A stretch of DNA of 51,906 bases, counting the filler, from Thelocarpon superellum (lineage: Eukaryota): assembly GCA_026025795.1 (NCBI GenBank). It is 2 parts of 2 records of this genome, joined end to end, with 100 filler letters (N's around TTAATTAATTAA, not from the genome) between each part and the next. Parts side by side here need not be neighbours in the genome. Positions count along the whole stretch, not along the records: positions 26,040 to 51,906 come from JAPEUG010000262.1; 1 more part is not named here. One strand, given 5' to 3'. The position numbers and the translations under genes are program-made. The notes beneath the pieces are model-generated. The model was not told the DNA's origin. It was given only the letters and a program-made list of their open reading frames with translations, and made no database searches. This document shows, piece by piece, positions 48,869 to 51,906 of the stretch. The stretch's first letter is position 1, and every line of letters starts with the position of its first letter.

Positions 48869-50262
48869 ATGTCGGCCCCATCGCCTACGCCGGCATGGGG
48901 CGCGAACAAGTATCCTCCCCATGGACAGGTGACACCGACGGACCATGGGGCGTATGTCGTGATCACCACGTGGATCACCATGTGTCTCATGTCGCTGGCG
49001 GTGCTCACCCGGATGTTGACGAGATTGGCGAGCTTCCGCGCGCCCACCAGTGGCGATTGGACCATCGCCGTGGCATGGGTAGGCCGGGAAGCCGCAGGGT
49101 TTGGTCGAGGAGCATCGTGGCTGACGGCCCACGCCTAGTTTCTCGCCATCACGCAGAGCGTCGCCGTGCACCTCGCCGTCAACCATGGACTCGGCCGCCA
49201 TCGTGCCAGCCTGACGACGGCGGAATTTCAAGCGTATAGCAAGGTGAGCACGGGTGGGCGACGGTCGGCGCGCGACAGAAGACGGGGACTGACGCCACTC
49301 TGTACCAGGCCAACTACACCAGCCAGGTCCTCTACCAGGCCGTGATCTGCTTGGCGAAGATCTCGCTGCTGCTGTTCATCTCGCGTCTGACGGCATCCAA
49401 GTCAACGCGACAAGTGTGTCGCTTGGTGATGATCCTGGTGGGCGCCTGGAGTATCGCGGCGGCCTTTGCGCTTGTCTTCCAGTGCCAGGCCCCCCACACC
49501 TGGGATTTTACTCCCGGCCGCTGCGTGGATCAGGTACGACCGGGCAGCCGGCGCGGTCGTGGACACCCGGACACTGACGCGCCTCTAGGGTGCGCTGTAT
49601 TACGCCAATGGGGTGATCAACATCGTGACCGATCTGATGATCATTGCCCTTCCCGCCGCCATCATCTGGAGCGTGCTGATTACGCGCAAACAACGGATGA
49701 CGGTGATTTTTGTCTTTGGTATCCGGATCACGTAAGTCTCCGACGAGCGTCGGAAGTGCCATGGCCAGCGCTGATCTGGCCAGCTTGTGTGCCTTGACCA
49801 TTGCCCAGCTCATGAGCCTGGGGCCGCTCCTGTCCTCGGCCGACCAGACGTGGGAGAATGTGAACCCCAGTCTATGGAACCAGTACGCTCGCTCGAGCCT
49901 CCACGCGTGGGAGCAGTCCGGACTAACTCACCAGGGGCGTCATGAACTGGAGCATCATCACGGCCTGCATCCCCTGTCTGCGGCCATTCCTCGCGAGTCT
50001 GCAATCGGGCCTCCTCGACACGGCCATGCACGATCGCAAGACGTCTCCCGCCGAGTCGTACGCCTTGCATTCGATCAAGACGTCGTATCATAGCCGCGGC
50101 TTCGGCACCACCTTTCCGGTGCGTGGACGGACCAACGTGAAGATCAGCACCCACGTCAGCCACAATCTGCCGGGCTCCGACAGCCGTGACATGTTGAATG
50201 AAGAGGCAATCCACCAAAGGACCGAGCTGCAGGTCGATTACGGCGATCGCAGATCAGCGTGA
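48869..50262 (+). CDS. PTH11-like (fungal rhodopsin-domain) integral membrane protein, no CFEM domain, multi-exon
   Basis: 'DHGAYVVITTW...AVLTRMLTR'; 'AVNHGLGRH'; 'ICLAKISLLLFISRL'; 'FQCQAPHTW'; 'TDLMIIALP..IW..L.TRKQR'; 'ITACIPCLRPFL'; GT-AG introns between these blocks. Confidence 0.85.
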
Positions 50263-51625
50263 TGGGATTGGCCTCTATTTTCGCAAAGACTTCATGGCGT
50301 TGGGAAACATGGTTGGATCGTGATGATCTCGGTGTCATATCGGTAGTTCTAGGATGGGAATATAGAGCGACTCTGGAGTGTACGGGGTGGGGAGTCATGG
50401 CATTGGTGGCGTCGTGCGCTGAATCGAAGCGAAAGCCGGCCATCCATCCCTCCAGTTGGATGGATGTCGGTCTGTCTCTAGCGAGGGTCAGTAGATACCG
50501 ACCCCGATTTCCCACCGCCCCAACTAATGTGCACCTGCATGCTCGTACTCGACTTACGAGTAGTCGGCGATCCATAACTCCAATCTGGACGCACGTCGTA
50601 CGTCCGTTCAGGCATGCTGCTGCTGCTGCTGCTACACCACCAGAGAGGCACGATGCAGTCAGCGGCGGGCAAGCAGTCGCATTGGTCCGGATCGAAAGGG
50701 AGGGTGGCCAAGAGGGCTTTATCCCTGGCGGTGCGTTGAGTGGTGTGGAGGGCGTTGGGGAGCGTCGAGGACGCCTTCTTTGCCGTGTCCGAAGCACGCA
50801 CGCTCGCACACAATTGTTGCCTAAAGCTGCGTGCGTGCGAGCGAGTCAACATGATTGGTTGATTAGGTACTTAGTCGTCAACCAAGAAGTCGGGTTGGGT
50901 GCGTGGGTGCGTGGGGGATCCTTGATCGGGTTGCGAGCGCATCATGACCGTGAATCATGGCGGGAAGCTCGAGGCGTGGGAGTACTGTTACTCTGGTTGG
51001 TGGTTCTCGTACCTGCCGCGTAGTAATGTTACTCCCTGTAGCGACGCCATGGCTGCAGAGGCAAATGAACCGGCTGGGCTCCCTCCCGCCAGCGGCAGGC
51101 GGTCCGGTACGATCCAAGCGAGGACCACCAGGCTTGCAGCAAGTACGAGCAGTCAGTCAAGTACGAAGTACTTGAATTGTCGCGTGCGTGCGTGCGTGCG
51201 TCGACATGGCGAGGGATCCACAGGGAAGCGGTGGTCGACGTGGAGAAGCAGCGTGAGGTGCTCAAGTCATTATGACGGCCCACGGACAAGAAACTTGGCG
51301 GGGCATCCACTTCTGGACGAGAGCAAAGCCCGCTCGCGGTCATATGCAGGCGATCGAGAGGTTCAACTACGGTACAGATACTCGTTCTCCGTACCACGAC
51401 CGTGCCTGTACTGTGGTAAAAGTTTCAAGCACTTCGTACGTCGGCTTCGCTAATGCAAGGCCTCGCTTGCAAGTCGTCCGTCATTTCTCCCACGAGGCTG
51501 GACGGCAGTACTACGAGTAGCCCGTACTACGGTAGATGCGTGTCATGCCTGGTGTACTCGTAGCAAAGGAGGACGCCTCTGATCTAGCCGTCATACGGCA
51601 TGCTGCGCTTGCTCTCCGATTCGAA

Positions 51626-51674
51626 GGGTGCGATTGGGTGCGATTGGGTGCGATTGGGCGCGATTGGGCGCGAT
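51626..51674. repeat. 10-bp tandem repeat (GGGYGCGATT)x~5 carrying four CCAAT boxes on the minus strand
   Basis: gggtgcgatt x3 followed by gggcgcgatt and gggcgcgat. Confidence 0.85.
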
Positions 51675-51906
51675 CCGTGCGTGCCCTGGCACTTGCTGCA
51701 GAAACATACGGGGGGGCTCGCCATCGGCGCGTCGCTGTCCTTCGGATCTGTACGGGGTACATGTGTTCTGTGTGCTGATTTTGCGGCCGTCCAGGCTAAG
51801 CACTGGCGGGGGGGAAACGTCTGACGACAGTTGTAAGAGTACACGTCCAGTCAGATTGCGGATTACCTGGGCCGACCGCGCGGTCGTCCCTGATCCAATC
51901 TGCATG

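Noticed and set aside
50259..51023. 254-aa plus-strand ORF after the PTH11-like gene
   Set aside because: It has a non-ATG start, includes a (GCT)n microsatellite and shows no recognisable motif. It is likely 3' UTR or intergenic.

Overview
GC-rich, intron-rich DNA from a filamentous ascomycete (Pezizomycotina-type genes with short GT-AG introns and CTRAC branch sites). The window is two contigs joined by an artificial N44-TTAATTAATTAA-N44 spacer (25940-26039), so nothing across that point can be treated as linked. The left contig has a DUF1752/DUF3295 protein, a ~7.5 kb gene-poor stretch containing a candidate spliced, hairpin-rich transcript, a head-to-head DOA4/VPS27 pair, and a divergent pair of a GT34 glycosyltransferase and a nucleotide-sugar transporter (GlfB/UgtA-like) fused to a GT8 domain. 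The right contig has PMT1, a 10-exon laccase, a Cys-rich hypothetical ORF, an Arb2-domain gene, mitochondrial S14 (MRP2), a conserved unknown protein, ISD11, ATP sulfurylase (MET3/sC), an amino-acid/choline permease and a PTH11-like membrane protein. The best candidate for an undescribed system is the transporter-GT8 fusion with its divergent GT34 partner. All gene models were spliced by eye and family calls come from recalled motifs; no searches were run.
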